Assembly: GCA_035221665.1 (NCBI GenBank)
Contig: JAVHYY010000086.1
Coordinates: 124,001-188,000 of the forward strand
From: Okamejei kenojei
Lineage: Eukaryota
Direction: 5' to 3'
Length of the DNA stretch: 64,000 nucleotides
The notes under the pieces: generated by a model
What the model saw: the letters and a program-made list of their open reading frames with translations, nothing else
Told to the model about the DNA's origin: nothing
The model's database searches: none
Made by a program: the position numbers and the translations under genes
Shown here: positions 1-12,952 of the stretch, one piece after another
Layout: each line of letters begins with the position of its first letter
Position numbering within the stretch: position 1 is the stretch's first letter

Positions 1-103
1 GTAGATGGGACTAGGGGGAATCAAATGGTCGGCACGGACTGGACGGGCCGAGAGGGCCTGTTTCCGTACTGTAATTGTTATATGGTTATATGGTTATATG
101 GTA
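1..103 (+). mobile_element. 3' end of CR1-type LINE with (GTTATATG)n-like tail
   Basis: Nearly the same sequence as the CR1 3' ends at ~9316-9410 (+) and ~20610-20712 (-). Confidence 0.75.
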
Positions 104-642
104 TACATTGAATTCTTCTTCACTGTCTTCTGTGGCAGAGAACCCCACAGATTCACAACTCTCTGGGTGAGGAAGTTTTTCCTCATGAGGTAGATAGTAT
201 TGCAGGCTGCTCGCGAGTTATGTTAGGATGGTTAAGTTCCTGATAACTGCAGGGAATAAACTGTCCCTAAATCTGGAAGTGTGAGTTTGCACACTTCAAT
301 ATCTTCTGCCTGATTGTAGCGGGGACTTTGCCTTCACCCTATCTACTACCCCCAAATATTCAGTTGCCTGAATGGTTCAAATGTTCTACTGAACGTCAGA
401 AAAACGCGAGAGCCCATCAGATGCTTCACATCAGATGCCAGGCCACCAAACAAATCATCAGATTTAACAATCCCCGTCTCAAATTCTCCCTCTCGTCGCA
501 CATCGATTTTCATATATTCCCAGAAAACCGCCGGCACTGGGAAAGGCCAGCTGCGGTTCCGGCTCATTCTCCTGGACAGGGGCAGGATCTGTCGGGGGAC
601 CTGGGCTCGTCACGTAAACCATTTTTTACCGGACAACGCGCG

Positions 643-683
643 ATGGGAATCCTCCTGTTTTTGTACTGTCCTTCTGCTTAGCC
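643..683 (+). pseudogene. Leader exon of NAR-TCR-like V (frameshifted)
   Basis: ATG GGA ATC CTC CTG TTT... is hydrophobic (MGILLF.., shifted ..VLSFCLA) and is followed by donor GTGAGT at 684. A CRE half-site CGTCA lies at ~608. Confidence 0.65.
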
Positions 684-833
684 GTGAGTACCGATGCCTT
701 ACTCCCACACGGTGCGGGTTTAACATAAACAACTCGAGTCCACTCCGACTTGAATTTCAAACACTGTCCGCTATTTATCCTTCCGTGGTTCGCCTCGAAT
801 TCCAACTCACCTTTCCCTGTGCTTAATCTACAG

Positions 834-1114
834 ACACTTCCGCCAACCAGTGACCCAGAGCCCGAATGCGGTGACTGGAAAAGAGTCCAAACTGTCACAA
901 TCACCTGGCTTTCCCAAGAAGGATCCTGGAATTTGATGCAGGACATTTATTGAAGCAAGCACAATCCTGTGCTCATTGGCCGCGGATTACAACAGGTGCA
1001 CGGGTAATTGTGTCGACCAATAAAGCGAAAAAGACCATTACGTTGAAAATTCTTGGTTTGATAGTTGAGGACATGGCCACATATTACTGTCAAGCTGAGT
1101 ACAGGTGGATTAAG
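834..1114 (+). pseudogene. NAR-type (IgNAR/NAR-TCR) variable segment, frameshifted pseudogene
   Basis: Acceptor ...ctacag ends at 833. Pieced translation: VTQSPNAVTGKE/QTVTIT(W)...IY*SKHNP/AHWPRITTGARVIVSTNKAKKTITLKILGLIVEDMATYYCQAEYRWIK. The very short FR2-CDR2 region (no C'/C'' strands) matches NAR V domains. An RSS follows. Confidence 0.75.
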
Positions 1115-1201
1115 CACAGTGATGGGCCTGCGGTTCCAGCAGGCCAATCAATACAAAATTAAGCACAGTGATGGGCCTACGGTTCCAGCAATACAAAAAT
1201 C
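1115..1201 (+). promoter_or_regulatory. Tandemly duplicated V recombination signal sequence
   Basis: CACAGTG 1115-1121 + 31 nt + ACAAAATTA, then CACAGTG 1164-1170 + 22 nt + ACAAAAATC 1193-1201. Confidence 0.85.
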
Positions 1202-1555
1202 CTGAAGGCAAATTCAAGAAGCAACATGGGTCAATCCTCCGGTGAACCCATGGACCCGCTTCAGCCCGCCTGCCCTGTCTTCTAGGTTGCACCGGATGAA
1301 ATGAGTACGATTCAAACAATGGGTTTTCTCTATTTGGCCAGTGCGGCTGGATAATGCTCCCTTTACCGAAAATGGTGTAAAAGAAATGTCATCGAGAATG
1401 TTTGTCCACTCTCTGATGCACAACTACAGACGAGGTCCAGTTACAGAAACTGCAATCTGAAAAATTATTTCGTTGAATGCTTTCTCCTGCCCGCCCATCT
1501 CCCCGGGCGCCTGGGGATTTAAAGCGACGCGAAACAACGTGAAAGTGAAGTGAAA

Positions 1556-1605
1556 CAACGTGCGGGAATTGGATATCCACAGTGGAGCAGAGTCGAATAA
1601 AAACT
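1556..1605 (+). other. D segment (CGGGAATTGGATATC, 1563-1577) with 3' 12-RSS and degenerate 5' heptamer
   Basis: The 3' RSS is CACAGTG 1578-1584 + 12 nt + ATAAAAACT 1597-1605. The 5' heptamer-like CAACGTG is at 1556-1562, duplicated at 1535-1541, with a weak nonamer 12 nt upstream of that copy. Confidence 0.75.
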
Positions 1606-1913
1606 CACCCCATTCAACATATATGTTCTTGAGTTCGGAACCAAAATCCAACGATTGTTGTTCCTGACGCTGTAATCCAGCCAAGTTGCACAAGGATGGC
1701 CACATTCAGTAAACATTACTTAATAATTGGTTCTGCGTTTGTCAAAGCACACCATTCTACGTGGGGCATCATTCTGCTCATAGCTCTGTTTCTTGGCGGG
1801 AACCGGTTGACCAAGCGAGGATTGGGCAGCAAGGACAGTTGCTACCTGGTGTGAAACTCCTGGAATAATTGGACAGCGATACTTATGGTTGCCAGGGAAA
1901 TCGAGGTGAGGAC

Positions 1914-2016
1914 TCTTTTTGTACTGCGAGCATCGAGAGACGGGGCACTGTGGCTTCATGGGACACTTACTATCAGGAGGGGATGGCGACTACGGTGACT
2001 GTCACAGCCGGTAAGT
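1914..2016 (+). other. J segment (1953-2010) with 23-RSS, NAR-type
   Basis: TCTTTTTGT 1914-1922 + 23 nt + CACTGTG 1946-1952. It encodes ASWDTYYQEGMATTVTVTA and ends in a phase-1 donor GTAAGT at 2011. Confidence 0.88.
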
Positions 2017-2574
2017 ACCCTAAACCTCTCTAATACACGGCTGGTCTTGGAAATATTCAGTTTTCTTTAATATTGGATCATGAGGCATCTATTGGTTTCC
2101 AATTAAAACAGATTCTATTCATAAAGTGTTCAAGCGACTTGGTCCAGATGTTACGGTACGCATGAGTCAAATGCGAGGATATGTGGGGCTCCCCGGGAGC
2201 ACAAAGTTAATCAGGTTCAAGAATAGCTTCTTCCCCAAAACCATCAGGGTCGACAACACCACACAGTGCTAACCACAGCTATGAATTTCTATGCAGACAC
2301 AAGGTAATGCGGACGCTGAAATCGGAATCTGATAGATACCAAATGTCGGCTATGAATGTTCTTCTGAAATGCTGCCCGACCCGCGCAGTTAATGCTACCA
2401 CCAAACCACCGGCTTGCTCCAAAACACTATGTGAATTCACCCTATTGGTCGACACGTTACTGCAGCACTTTGTGTTAATAATATTTTCATAATTGTTTCT
2501 GGTTATACAAAGGATTTGTTTGTATTGTTGCCCAAGGATTGTGTCCATTAAATTATCAAGTTACTTTTTGTATC

Positions 2575-4330
2575 ATATGTTATGAGAGGAATGGGGTGAT
2601 CGTACGGAAGTGTATAAAATCATGGAAATAATCGATCGGGTAGATACGCAGAATCTCTTGTGCAGAGTAGGTGAGTCGAGGACCGCAGGACACAGGTTTA
2701 ATCTTAAGGGGAAGATTTAATAGGATTTGAGTGGTCACGTTTTCACACGGAGAGTAGTAGGTGTACATAACAAGTTGCCCCAATTGAAGTTGGCACTATC
2801 CCACTGTTTAAGAATTAGTTAGACAAGTACATGGACAGGACAGGACAGGTTTGTATGGATTTGTACCAAACGCGGGTAGTTGGCACCAATGTAGCCTCGA
2901 CATTTTGGCCGGTGTGGGCAACGTGAGCTGAAGAGCATGTTTCCTCGTTATATCTCTCGATGACTCTATGACGCTGTTATCTGATAAAGTATATTGTATT
3001 TCTAGACCTGTGTGCATCTAAAAGTAAGAATGTCACTGTTCCGTTGTCGGAACAGATTACATTTGAAAACCCTGGAATCGTTACTTTTGATTCTAACGGC
3101 CAATGGCTTTTGGCCTTAACAGCAATACCCACATCCAAAACAAAGACAAAGACCGTGAGGCATTTAAGCAGAGTTAGGCCATTTGCCCGTTAGGGAAATT
3201 GAAATCGGCCGTTGGAAGCGAAAAGGAAAAGTGCTTGGGTGAACACTGCGATATGTAGCAAGGGTAAATTCAGGAAAAAAATGGGAACGTATCCGAGTTT
3301 GGTGCGTGAGGACGAAATGCCGATTTCAATGCTGCTCAAATCACAATCAGAGTGATCAGAGTGATCACAACTTATCTTTCTCATGTCCAGCGTATATAGG
3401 CTTGGAGTTAACAAACTACTTGTTATGCGCGACCGAAAGATCCCCCAAATAATTCTGGTAAACCTCCGTTTGTCAATCTCCAAAGCCACCATATCATTCC
3501 TCAGATACGGGACACAAAACTGCTCGGATATTCCAAATGTGTTCAAATCAGTGACTAACCAAAATGTACGATTTACATTAGATCCCTGTTTTCATATTCT
3601 ATTCATCTCGAAATGAATGCTAACATTTAATATGTCTCCGTCTACGACGATTCACTATGAAAAATTCACATTTTGGAGTACCCGCGCCAACATTCCCAAG
3701 TCCCTTTGCATCTCAATTTCTGAATCCTCTCGCCATTTCGTAAATAGTCGACATCGTTATTCCTTCCGCCAAAGTGCATGACCGTATAGTGTGCTGTGTA
3801 GGATTCCATCTGCCACTTATTTGCCCCCTCTTCAAACGTGTTCAAGTTACTCTGCAGACTCCATGCTTACTCAACACTACCTGACCCTTCTATTTTTAGC
3901 ATCGTCCGCGATATCAGCCGCAACGCCATCAATTCCATCATCCAGAACGTAAACATACAACGGGAAAAGTAGTGGACCCGACATTGACCCATTACTCAAA
4001 GGCAGCAAGCGGAAATAGATCACCTTTATTCCAACATGTTCACCTGATACAAACAACCTCTCCTCCATCCCCACTGATACATTATCTCTAACACCAATAC
4101 TGCAATCTTAATTAGCGCGTCGCGTCCTGCACCGTTTAATATGCATCAGAAAATTTAAGTAAGCAGCATTTCTGACTTTCCTTTGTCCATCCTGCTTGTT
4201 ACGTTCACAAATAATTTCAAAAGATTTGTCAGGCAAGAGCCCCCGCCTTGCTGACTTCGCCGATTTTATTATGTGCTTCAAGGTAACTGAAACCTCAGTT
4301 TCACTAATGGTCTCTAAAATCTTAGCAATT
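2575..4330. mobile_element. Degraded CR1-type LINE fragments (3' end on +, RT remnants on -)
   Basis: Typical CR1 3' motifs and RT remnants (..DDGIDGVAADIADD..). Boundaries are approximate. Confidence 0.55.
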
Positions 4331-5273
4331 ATTGAAGTCTTGTTAACCGCCTTATCAATAAATCGGGCTGAGAATGTCACATAACATTAATAGGATTGAT
4401 TCACGCTCCCTGCGTGTGAAACCGTGGTAAACAATCTATTTCTTATTTCCAGGAAACAGAGAGAGGTTGGCAAGAGAGTACGTGGGTTGTGAGTGAAGCT
4501 GGACGCACTGTAAACATTCCACAAACTGAAATCAAACGAGAGCTGGCAGAACTGTTGAAACGGTACTCGGGAGGGGAAAATATGAACCACAACCAGCAAA
4601 AAACGGGCGACCAAGATTAAAAACTAAAACTGTTCTTCAATTAAATGAAAGTAAAACGCAGACGGACGTGGCCCAGTGAAGAAAACACAATTCTTAATAC
4701 ATCGCGAGCAAAACATTTATCTCGGGTTGTGTATATTGCACTTAAAAGATGGTATTCCAGTTGTTAAACACAGAAGGCCGTGGAGCCCACGTCAGGGGGA
4801 AAAGTGAGGCAGCGATAGATAGATTTTTGATTAGTGGAGGCGTCAGAGGTTGTTGTTATTGTGGATAAGGCAGGAGAATCGGGTTCACAAGGTGAGATAG
4901 TTCAGCCAACATTGAATGGCGGAGTAGGCTTGATGGATCGAATGACCTTTTTATACTCCTATCATATGACCTTATGACCTTATGCCTTAAATAGCAACCC
5001 ATCACTGTTGAACCTTAACTACATCCAGGAAGGGATACACTTCAGTCAATCTGTGGGGAAAATTACTAGTTCTATTGTTTTAACGCGAAGAATCATTTAC
5101 AAAATGTTAGAGAACCGAGTAAGGTAATTTGGCTTATTCACCGGATCCCTGCTCTCTGAATCAGCTCCACTATTATTCCGTGCTCCCTTTGACTGTTTCC
5201 ACAGCGTGGGATGTTTCCAATTTCCCTTTCACAATCAGAGTTTGACCTCGCGAATATTCGCCAGTAATTTTCA

Positions 5274-5520
5274 CCACGGTGGCGCAACGGTAGAACGGCT
5301 GCCCAACAGCGCTCTTCGCACCTGAGACCCGAGTTCGATCTCGACTCCGGCTGTTGTCTGTGCGGAGGTTGTATGTTCTCCCTATAATCTCCGTGGGTTT
5401 TCTCCGTGATCTACGGTTTCTTCCCACACGCCAGGGACGTACAGTTTTCAAGGGTAATTAGCTTTCTATAAATGCAAATAATCTATCGTATGTGTGGGAT
5501 AGTGTTAATGTACGGGAATT
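5274..5520 (+). mobile_element. tRNA-derived SINE (HE1/V-SINE-like)
   Basis: A-box GGTGGCGCAACGGTAG, B-box GAGTTCGATCT and V-SINE core (TGTTCTCCC...GTGGGTTTTCTCC...TTCCCACAC). Similar copies occur elsewhere in the window. Confidence 0.75.
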
Positions 5521-5544
5521 GAACTCACCATGGTAAATATTTAT

Positions 5545-8500
5545 GCTCTTTATTTTGATAATCCGCAATTCTTTAATATAATCCAGAATATAATCTGAGT
5601 ACAATTACCAAACGTGATAATTGGGCGAGATTTCAATTGCGTTCTAGATCCATATCTTGATAAATCTGCCCAACAAAAGAGACTTAATATAAAATAAAAA
5701 TCCAGTGAACTCTTCAATACATGCATAAAAAACACAAATATAACAGATGTATGGAGGGTTGCAAACTCGACCGGAATGGAATACTCCTTTTAATTTATCA
5801 GTACATAAAACCTATACACGTATCGACTACTTCCCGGTGGACACGAAATTAATTGCCTTTACAACTAATCCTCAATACCATAAAAGTGTCATCTCGGATC
5901 ATTCTCCGTTAACCTTCTTCCTAAAACTAGAAGGAATGTTCAAAAAAAATGATGATGGAGCTATAATCCCCAAATTCTAAATAACACAGACGGGTGTATA
6001 TACTTAAAACAACAGATGGCGCTTTTCTTTGAGACAAATGATACCCCAGATATTTCACCCAACTATTATGGAAATGTTTAGGGCGTTTATTAGAGGTTCT
6101 GTTATTTCATACCAAGCTTTTCAAAATAGAAAGAATAGGACAGAACAACTAGAAGAACAAATCAGACAACTTGATTTAGAAAACGCGAAAGACCCAACTA
6201 TAGATAAGCACAACAAGATAGCAATATTGAAAGTTAAACTAAACCGAATTTTATCTGCACGAATTATTAGATTATTTCAAATTATAAAACAGGAAAATTT
6301 TGAATTTGGCGATAAGCCACTCAAACTTTTAGCACGTCAGCTGAAAAAAAGTGGAAAAGGGTCACATTATTCTAAAAATCAAATCAGATAAAGGCAATTT
6401 GATAATGTCGCCTAACGACATTTACACAAGATTTGGTCAATTTTATCAAAATTTATATACATGCCAACACATCAACCGACAGCAATAAGATTATAATCTT
6501 TCTGGACAACGGAGAAGGCACAGGCACAAACAAATCGAAGAGACAATGACGAATTATTGAATAGGTTTCGAGGTCACTCTCGAGTCAGGCAGGCACGTGT
6601 TATTGATAGCGCACGATCAGGCATGATCATATTGAATGGCGGTGCTGGCACGAAGGGCCGAATGGCCTCCTCCTGCACCTAGTTTCTATGTTTCTATGTT
6701 TCTATGAGGTAATTTCATCACGTTTTCACAAGCTTTATAAGCTATTAATCAACTATCGCGCTTCTACCTAAAAAAGATTAAGTTCTAGAAGAACCCGATT
6801 CACATAGAACAATTGAATTATTAAATACAGTTCAGAAAATATTATCGAAAAATCTGGCAAGAAGATTAAGTAAACACTTATTAGTGAGTTAACTAATTAA
6901 TACATGCGGATGAAACGGGATTTATACACAAGAGACATTAATTTAATAATTTCAGACTTTTTAATATAATGTATTCACGCACAATTGAAGATGCGGCAAA
7001 AACATTCGACCAAGTAGTATGGGAATACCTCTTCACAGTATTGCAAACATTTCAAATGGGAGATAATTCGATTTCATGGATAAATTATTATATAACAGGC
7101 CGGCTGCTGGAATATTGACCAACCACATACTTTCTCAGAAATTTCACTTATCCAGGGGTAATAGACAGGGTTGCGCATAATCACCCCTGCTATTTGCCCT
7201 TGCGATTGAGCCCTTAGCGGAAAGTATAAGAATACATCCGAATATTCACGTATATAATACCAAACATTCCAATAATAAAATATCATGATATGCAGATGAT
7301 GTATTATTATACATTACACAATCTCAAGTTAGTATACGGAATATATTAAATCTAATAGAGGAGTTCGGTTATTTTTCAGGATATAGAATAATCTGGATTG
7401 CATGTGAAATCATGGCGATAAAACCCCGAGAGTCGACACACCTTTTAAAATTTCCTTTCAGAATTGCTACAGAAAAAATCAAATATCTGGGTGTCCAAGT
7501 AACCAGAAAATATAATTATTTATTCAATGCAAACATCCTGCCCTTAGCAACTAAATTAATCGCTCTCATTCAATTCTGGAAAACACTTCCGATATCTCTA
7601 AAAGGCAGAATAAATGCCATTAAAATAATTTTCCTACCACAAATTCTCTATTTATTTCAATAAATATCGATATATTTACCTAAAAACTTTTTCAAAAAAA
7701 CTAGATGCCCAGATTACAAATTTTCTTTGCAGTTATACATCACACATAATTCATAGACGACATTTACGTAAACCCAAATAAATAGGTGGACTGGCGCTTC
7801 TTGTTCTATTAATTGGCAGCGAATATTAAAGATGTAATTCACTGGCTGGATAATTCATGTCAACAGGTAGATTGGTTAGTAATGGAGAGAGAGGATTGTT
7901 CGCCTTTTAACATAGGCGCGATCCTTCTCGCCCCGATAAAGTTGAAGGACACAACATACAAGAAAAACACGATTATTCGTAGCATTTTACGAATTTGGAG
8001 ACAAGTAAAATGTACTCATAAACTAAGACATCTATCTCTTCTTTCTCCAATAGCTAATAATCTGTCGTTTAAATCATCTATTATAGATACAACGTTTATT
8101 CGTTGGGAAAGACGAGGCATTAAAAAGGTTGGAGATTTGTACGAAATGGGAAAACTTTTATCATTCCAGAAATTACAATCGAAATACAGTCTGAAAGGTA
8201 AACAATATTTTAGATAACTTCAAATTCGAGATTATTTGAAAACATATACGCACGGATACCAAACTCTGTTGCCAGATATATTAGATGAAGGTATGAATAG
8301 AAACGCAGTCAAATAATTTAATATCATACTTGTACAATATAATTCCAAATATGGAAATGCCATCGTCAGATGTAATTAGAAGAGGGTGGGAACAGGAATT
8401 AAGCCTAAACTCCCCAAAGACAGATGGGAACAATGTCTCCTATGTATACATAATTTTCGAATAATGTAAGACATATTCCAAATCCAATTTAAAATACAAC

Positions 8501-9625
8501 ACAGACTATATTACTGAAAAACTGAACCGAACAAAATGTTTCCGAATGCATCCCCTATCTGCGACAAATGTATTTCTCAAGAAGAAACTATAACACAATC
8601 TTTGGCTCTTGCATAATACTCCATAAATTTTGGAAAGGAATCTTTAAAATCTTCTCAAAATTATTAAAAACTTAACGGGACCACCATACAGAATTGATTA
8701 TTTTGGAACAACAGGAGCCTGCTCTGAGATATCAATATTTCAAAGACTTTTCCTCAATTATGGCCTGGTAATGGCAAAAAACGTATACTTAAATTTTGGA
8801 AAAATGCATCAACCACAACTCTTAACATGTGGATCACAAGCATGTCTTAGACGCTACATCTCCAAGATGTGAGACTCGTCATTGCAGGAAAATCAGAGCA
8901 ATCTTTAAAGATATGGTCTCCTTTCATCGATTCATTACAAACATAGTATGGTGCAACACAACTTCGCAATTAAACCGATTTACGGACATGGCATTGGATG
9001 GGGTCAGAAACGAAGTAGGTAATCAACACGTTTTGGCTTTTTTTCCCTTTTTGTTATTTTTCGTTTTTGTATTTTTATTTTTTGTAAGTTTCCCATTGAG
9101 GGTGGGGAAGATTCAAACAAGAGGGCATGACATGAGAATTAAGGGACATAAGTTTAGGGGTAACGTGAGGGGGAACTTCTTTACTCAGAGGGTGGTGGCT
9201 GTGTGGAATGAGCTTCAAGCAGAGGTGGTGGAGGCAGGATCGATTTTAACATTTAAAAGTAAAGTGTATAGGTATATGGACGTGAAGGGAATGGAGGGGT
9301 ATGGTCTGAGTGCAGGTAGATGGGACTAGGGGAAACAAATGGTCGGCACGGACTGGAAGGGCCGAGAGGGCCTGTCTCCGTGCTGTAATTGTTATATGGT
9401 TATATGGTTTCTACTTAGTCTCTCTGCGACTACACTCTTTGGTAGTTTAGGGGTTTACAGATTCACGAGCTCTTTCACTCTCGCTCTTTCTTGCTCTAAT
9501 TCTCTTTTTCTATTTCATTGTTGTCAATTTTAAAATGGAATATGTACAATCAATGTATGTTGTCTTGTGCCGCAGTTTATACTACTGTACACTGCTTCGA
9601 ATAAAAATATTATTAAAAAAAACAA
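5545..9625 (+). mobile_element. Degraded L1-clade LINE (ORF2 endonuclease-RT and 3' UTR) with nested CR1 tails
   Basis: APE motifs YTRIDYF and ISDHSP, RT motifs KTFD, YADD and KYLG, plus GRINAIK. AATAAA and an A-tract lie at ~9600-9622. There are many stops. CR1 3' ends are inserted at ~6600-6706 and 9088-9410. Confidence 0.85.
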
Positions 9626-9754
9626 CTATGTTCCCCATCGCACGGAATAATTCTGCACAGGTTTACATTTGACGGAATCCGCGACTAAATTTGTCCCGGT
9701 GAGGGGATGCTGCATGATAGAGTTGACATATGGACAGATGGAGGAGTGTACTAT

Positions 9755-10402
9755 TGTGAGGGATAAAGTGATTAAACTCTATTAACGAAAGGAGTTTTAA
9801 AGAGAATTCAAACAGAGAGGGGCTGGAGAGAGGATTCTGACACAGCAGTGTCTGAAGGTTGCCAGACCCATCCTTGAGTCCTTGAGTAAGAAGTGATAGC
9901 ATTGTATAGCGATAGAAGGGAGTGATGTAGAGAGATCCCTATCAGTGGAAGGGAGTGATAGATGGGAGCCTTGTCACTATAGCTTAGCTTTAGTACTGAT
10001 ATAGGAAAACTGAGAGGGTTCACTAGGAGGTGAGTAAAACTGGGCCAGGTCATGAGCAACTGAGCATGCTTAATAGAATAAATGAATATTACAACACACC
10101 CCTGGTCAAGAAATTGCTCATTACCATGAACATGTTTGAACATGCAATGTATGATATAGGAGGTGCGAGGGGATGTACGGTGGGATGTACCTACAGATTG
10201 TGCACCTCCGACCCTGATTGGAGAAGGGTCCGGAGGGTAGGTTGAATGTAAGATTCTGTGTATAAAGGGGGATGATTGCTCTGGCTTCGGGGTGTCTCGA
10301 ATTAGAGAGGCACCCGGTCTGCAGACTCGTAAAATATAGAAATCTCTTGCTTCCAAGATTTAGTCTTTTAGTATTAATTGTGAGCATAAAGGGTATCTCA
10401 CA
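9755..10402 (+). mobile_element. Solo LTR of the same ERV family as the provirus at 41445-48544
   Basis: TG...CA ends and 4-bp TSD CTAT (9751-9754, 10403-10406). It is a diverged reverse complement of the proviral LTRs. Confidence 0.92.
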
Positions 10403-10832
10403 CTATCACTTAACCTATTAGCCTTTGGTTTGTGAACGACAGTGCACGAGCAATGAAGAACAAGATATCTTCATTTTAATTCATAATTAACAGAATATTT
10501 TATTGTCTTCACAGATTGCGAGGGAAGAAGAGAAATAGGTAGGTACAAAATTAACCCTCCACCAGCCCCAATTTTGTAGTATCAGGGAAACATTATGCGG
10601 CTTACTGCCTCTTAATTGCAAATGAACAACAGGCAGTAACTCTGTAGGAAAAGGATAGATGACGTTTCTGGTCAGGATCCCTCTCCCCTCTGAAAGTAGG
10701 GCGAGGCTACTGAATGAAAGCGTAGGCCAGAACAAGGCAGGGAAGGCAATAAATGACTGAGAAAGAATGGAGTCCATAATCGCTCATTGTTGGCTGGGAA
10801 AAAGTGATAACAAACAACGAGCAGTATTGGTG

Positions 10833-10923
<91 letters not shown>
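10833..10923. repeat. (AGTA)n microsatellite, probably the 3' tail of a minus-strand LINE
   Basis: About 22 perfect AGTA units next to TTTATT (minus-strand AATAAA). Confidence 0.9.
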
Positions 10924-12038
10924 TTATTGGCCAATGATACACATACAAGGAATTTGCCTTGGTGCTCCGCCCACAAGTAACACCATGACATATAGTGACA
11001 GTTAGAAATAAAACTAATATGATGACTAGGTTGGGGGAGAGTATGAGAGACAGGAAGGCAAGCGGCATACCAGATGTTGTTTCTCCATTTTGTGAGGAGG
11101 AGGACAACAACAGAACGCTTTATATGGGAATGCGAAGTGGTGTTAAAATGTTTGCCCGCCGGGAGAACGCAAAGGCAAATGCGGATATTATTTTTTTACC
11201 CTACATCGGAGCCACAGAGCCACAGAGTCATAACGTGATATAGTTTGGAAACAGACCCTTTGTCACAATTCGCCCACACCGGCCACCAAAATATCAGCTA
11301 CACTAGTCCCACATGCCTGCGCATGGTCAATATCCCTCCAAATCTCTCCAGTCCATGTACCTGTCAACTGTTGAGTACATGATAGGATAGTCCCTGCACA
11401 ACTACCTCCTGTGGGAGCTTGTTCCGTACACCCACCACCCGTTGTGTGAATCTGTTTCCCCACGGAATCCTATTAAATATGTTTCCCTTCTCCTAGATCC
11501 TATGTCCTCTGGTCGCCGATTCTCTGGGCAAAAGACTCTGTGCATTTACCCGGTCTAATCCTCACTTGTTTTACTCCAGATAGACATTTTCCGCATACAG
11601 AAGGTATATTAAGCACGCTTTCTTTTTGGAATTTTATACAATCTAGATAATCCGCTGCTAAAACAGCAAATTCTCTTTCCACCGAAAACCTCGTTAATGA
11701 ACAATGATACGTTTTTTTTTTAAATGATGAAAGGAAATCATAAATACAACACATTGCACCTATGTAACTGAAAATCTTCACTCGTTTTGTAAACAATATG
11801 TTCTCGGCATATCTGTACAAATTCTTGAAAAAAGCAGAAGTGTAATGATTTAACTAAGCACTTGGGAATACGTACATGAGCGTAGACTGAGCCCATGAAC
11901 CTCCGAAGCAGGTGGTCGTGCACAACAGGGCGAATGGACGTAAAATGTCCACACATTAAATGCGGTCTTTTCACACAAACCCTACACCATGAAGCAATGC
12001 ATGAAGCCCAGCTGGTCACTCGTTTGTGTTATATTATT

Positions 12039-12952
12039 TTAACTATCAGTTTGCCGATTACATATCTTTCGAGTGCAACGGATCGGATATGTTAGCACGC
12101 GGAACAGGTTCTCACTGAACTGGCTTTCTGTCACGATGTAAATGGCCGTGTTGGTGCAGGTGCTCAGCAGCTGAAGCATATATCCAACACTTTCCAATTA
12201 TACCAAAGGGTTTGTCCAGGCCTTGCGCATACACAATTTCGAACTTCAAGCCGCAATACAATATGCGACAATTGTGGCCCGGAGCAGGATGAAGCAGCTC
12301 GAGATTGCCAGAAGTAAAACGACGGATCATCTACGGTTTACCATCTCCTGGTCTTTCTTTTACTCCCCACCGCTGAGGTTTCCGAGGTTCCTGCGGACTC
12401 GACTGGCCACGGAAATACGTCTTACGGTGAGCGCGTGAAACAGCAAAATCAGGCAGATTGGAATCGACGGGGTGAACAGCTGTGTCGACCAAAGAGAACA
12501 CCACCCATTCGCGACGATTATAGAATCCTACTGCATTTGAGGCAGCTGTACTCGCCACGCATTCCGCGATAAGAAATTATGCGAAGGGCAAGGAAGTTGT
12601 TTCAGGCGGACGAACGGGCTCACTATCAGGATAGCAATCGACACGGTTCTCTCGGTGCAATATTTCGATTTCATGTTCTGATTAGAAATCGCAACAAAGC
12701 GATCAAATCTGAAAGCGACTGTGAACGATACAGAACAATCCACCGCCACGGGAGCGAGGTAGAATATTATTTGGCACACAGGAGTGTAGGCCAAAGAAAC
12801 GAGCCACAAATAAATATCAGCTATCCGATCAACTATTACGTCAATGAGAAGCATGGAGACGTCCGCGGTCGCAATGGCTACCATGTTACGAGTGATGCAC
12901 TTGGAGAGGCCGCACTTGCCACGGGGCAGGATCACAATCGCCATCAGATTAA
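12039..12952 (-). pseudogene. GPR139-like class A GPCR, main coding exon, pseudogene
   Basis: Acceptor ttttattccttcccag, then (V)NLMAIVILPRGKCGLSKCITRNMVAIATAD...TPVC...DCSVSFTVAFRFDRFVAI...SKYCTERT. A later frame gives YMLQLLSTCTNTAIYIVTESQF (TM7). Frameshifts and stops are present and exon 1 was not located. Confidence 0.78.

Noticed and set aside
4440-4700. Acceptor followed by SEAGRTVNIP, a possible leaderless supporting V near the J
   Set aside because: No Cys, Trp or YxC motifs and no RSS.
10707-11110. ORFs with (LLTY)n repeats
   Set aside because: They are translations of the (AGTA)n microsatellite.
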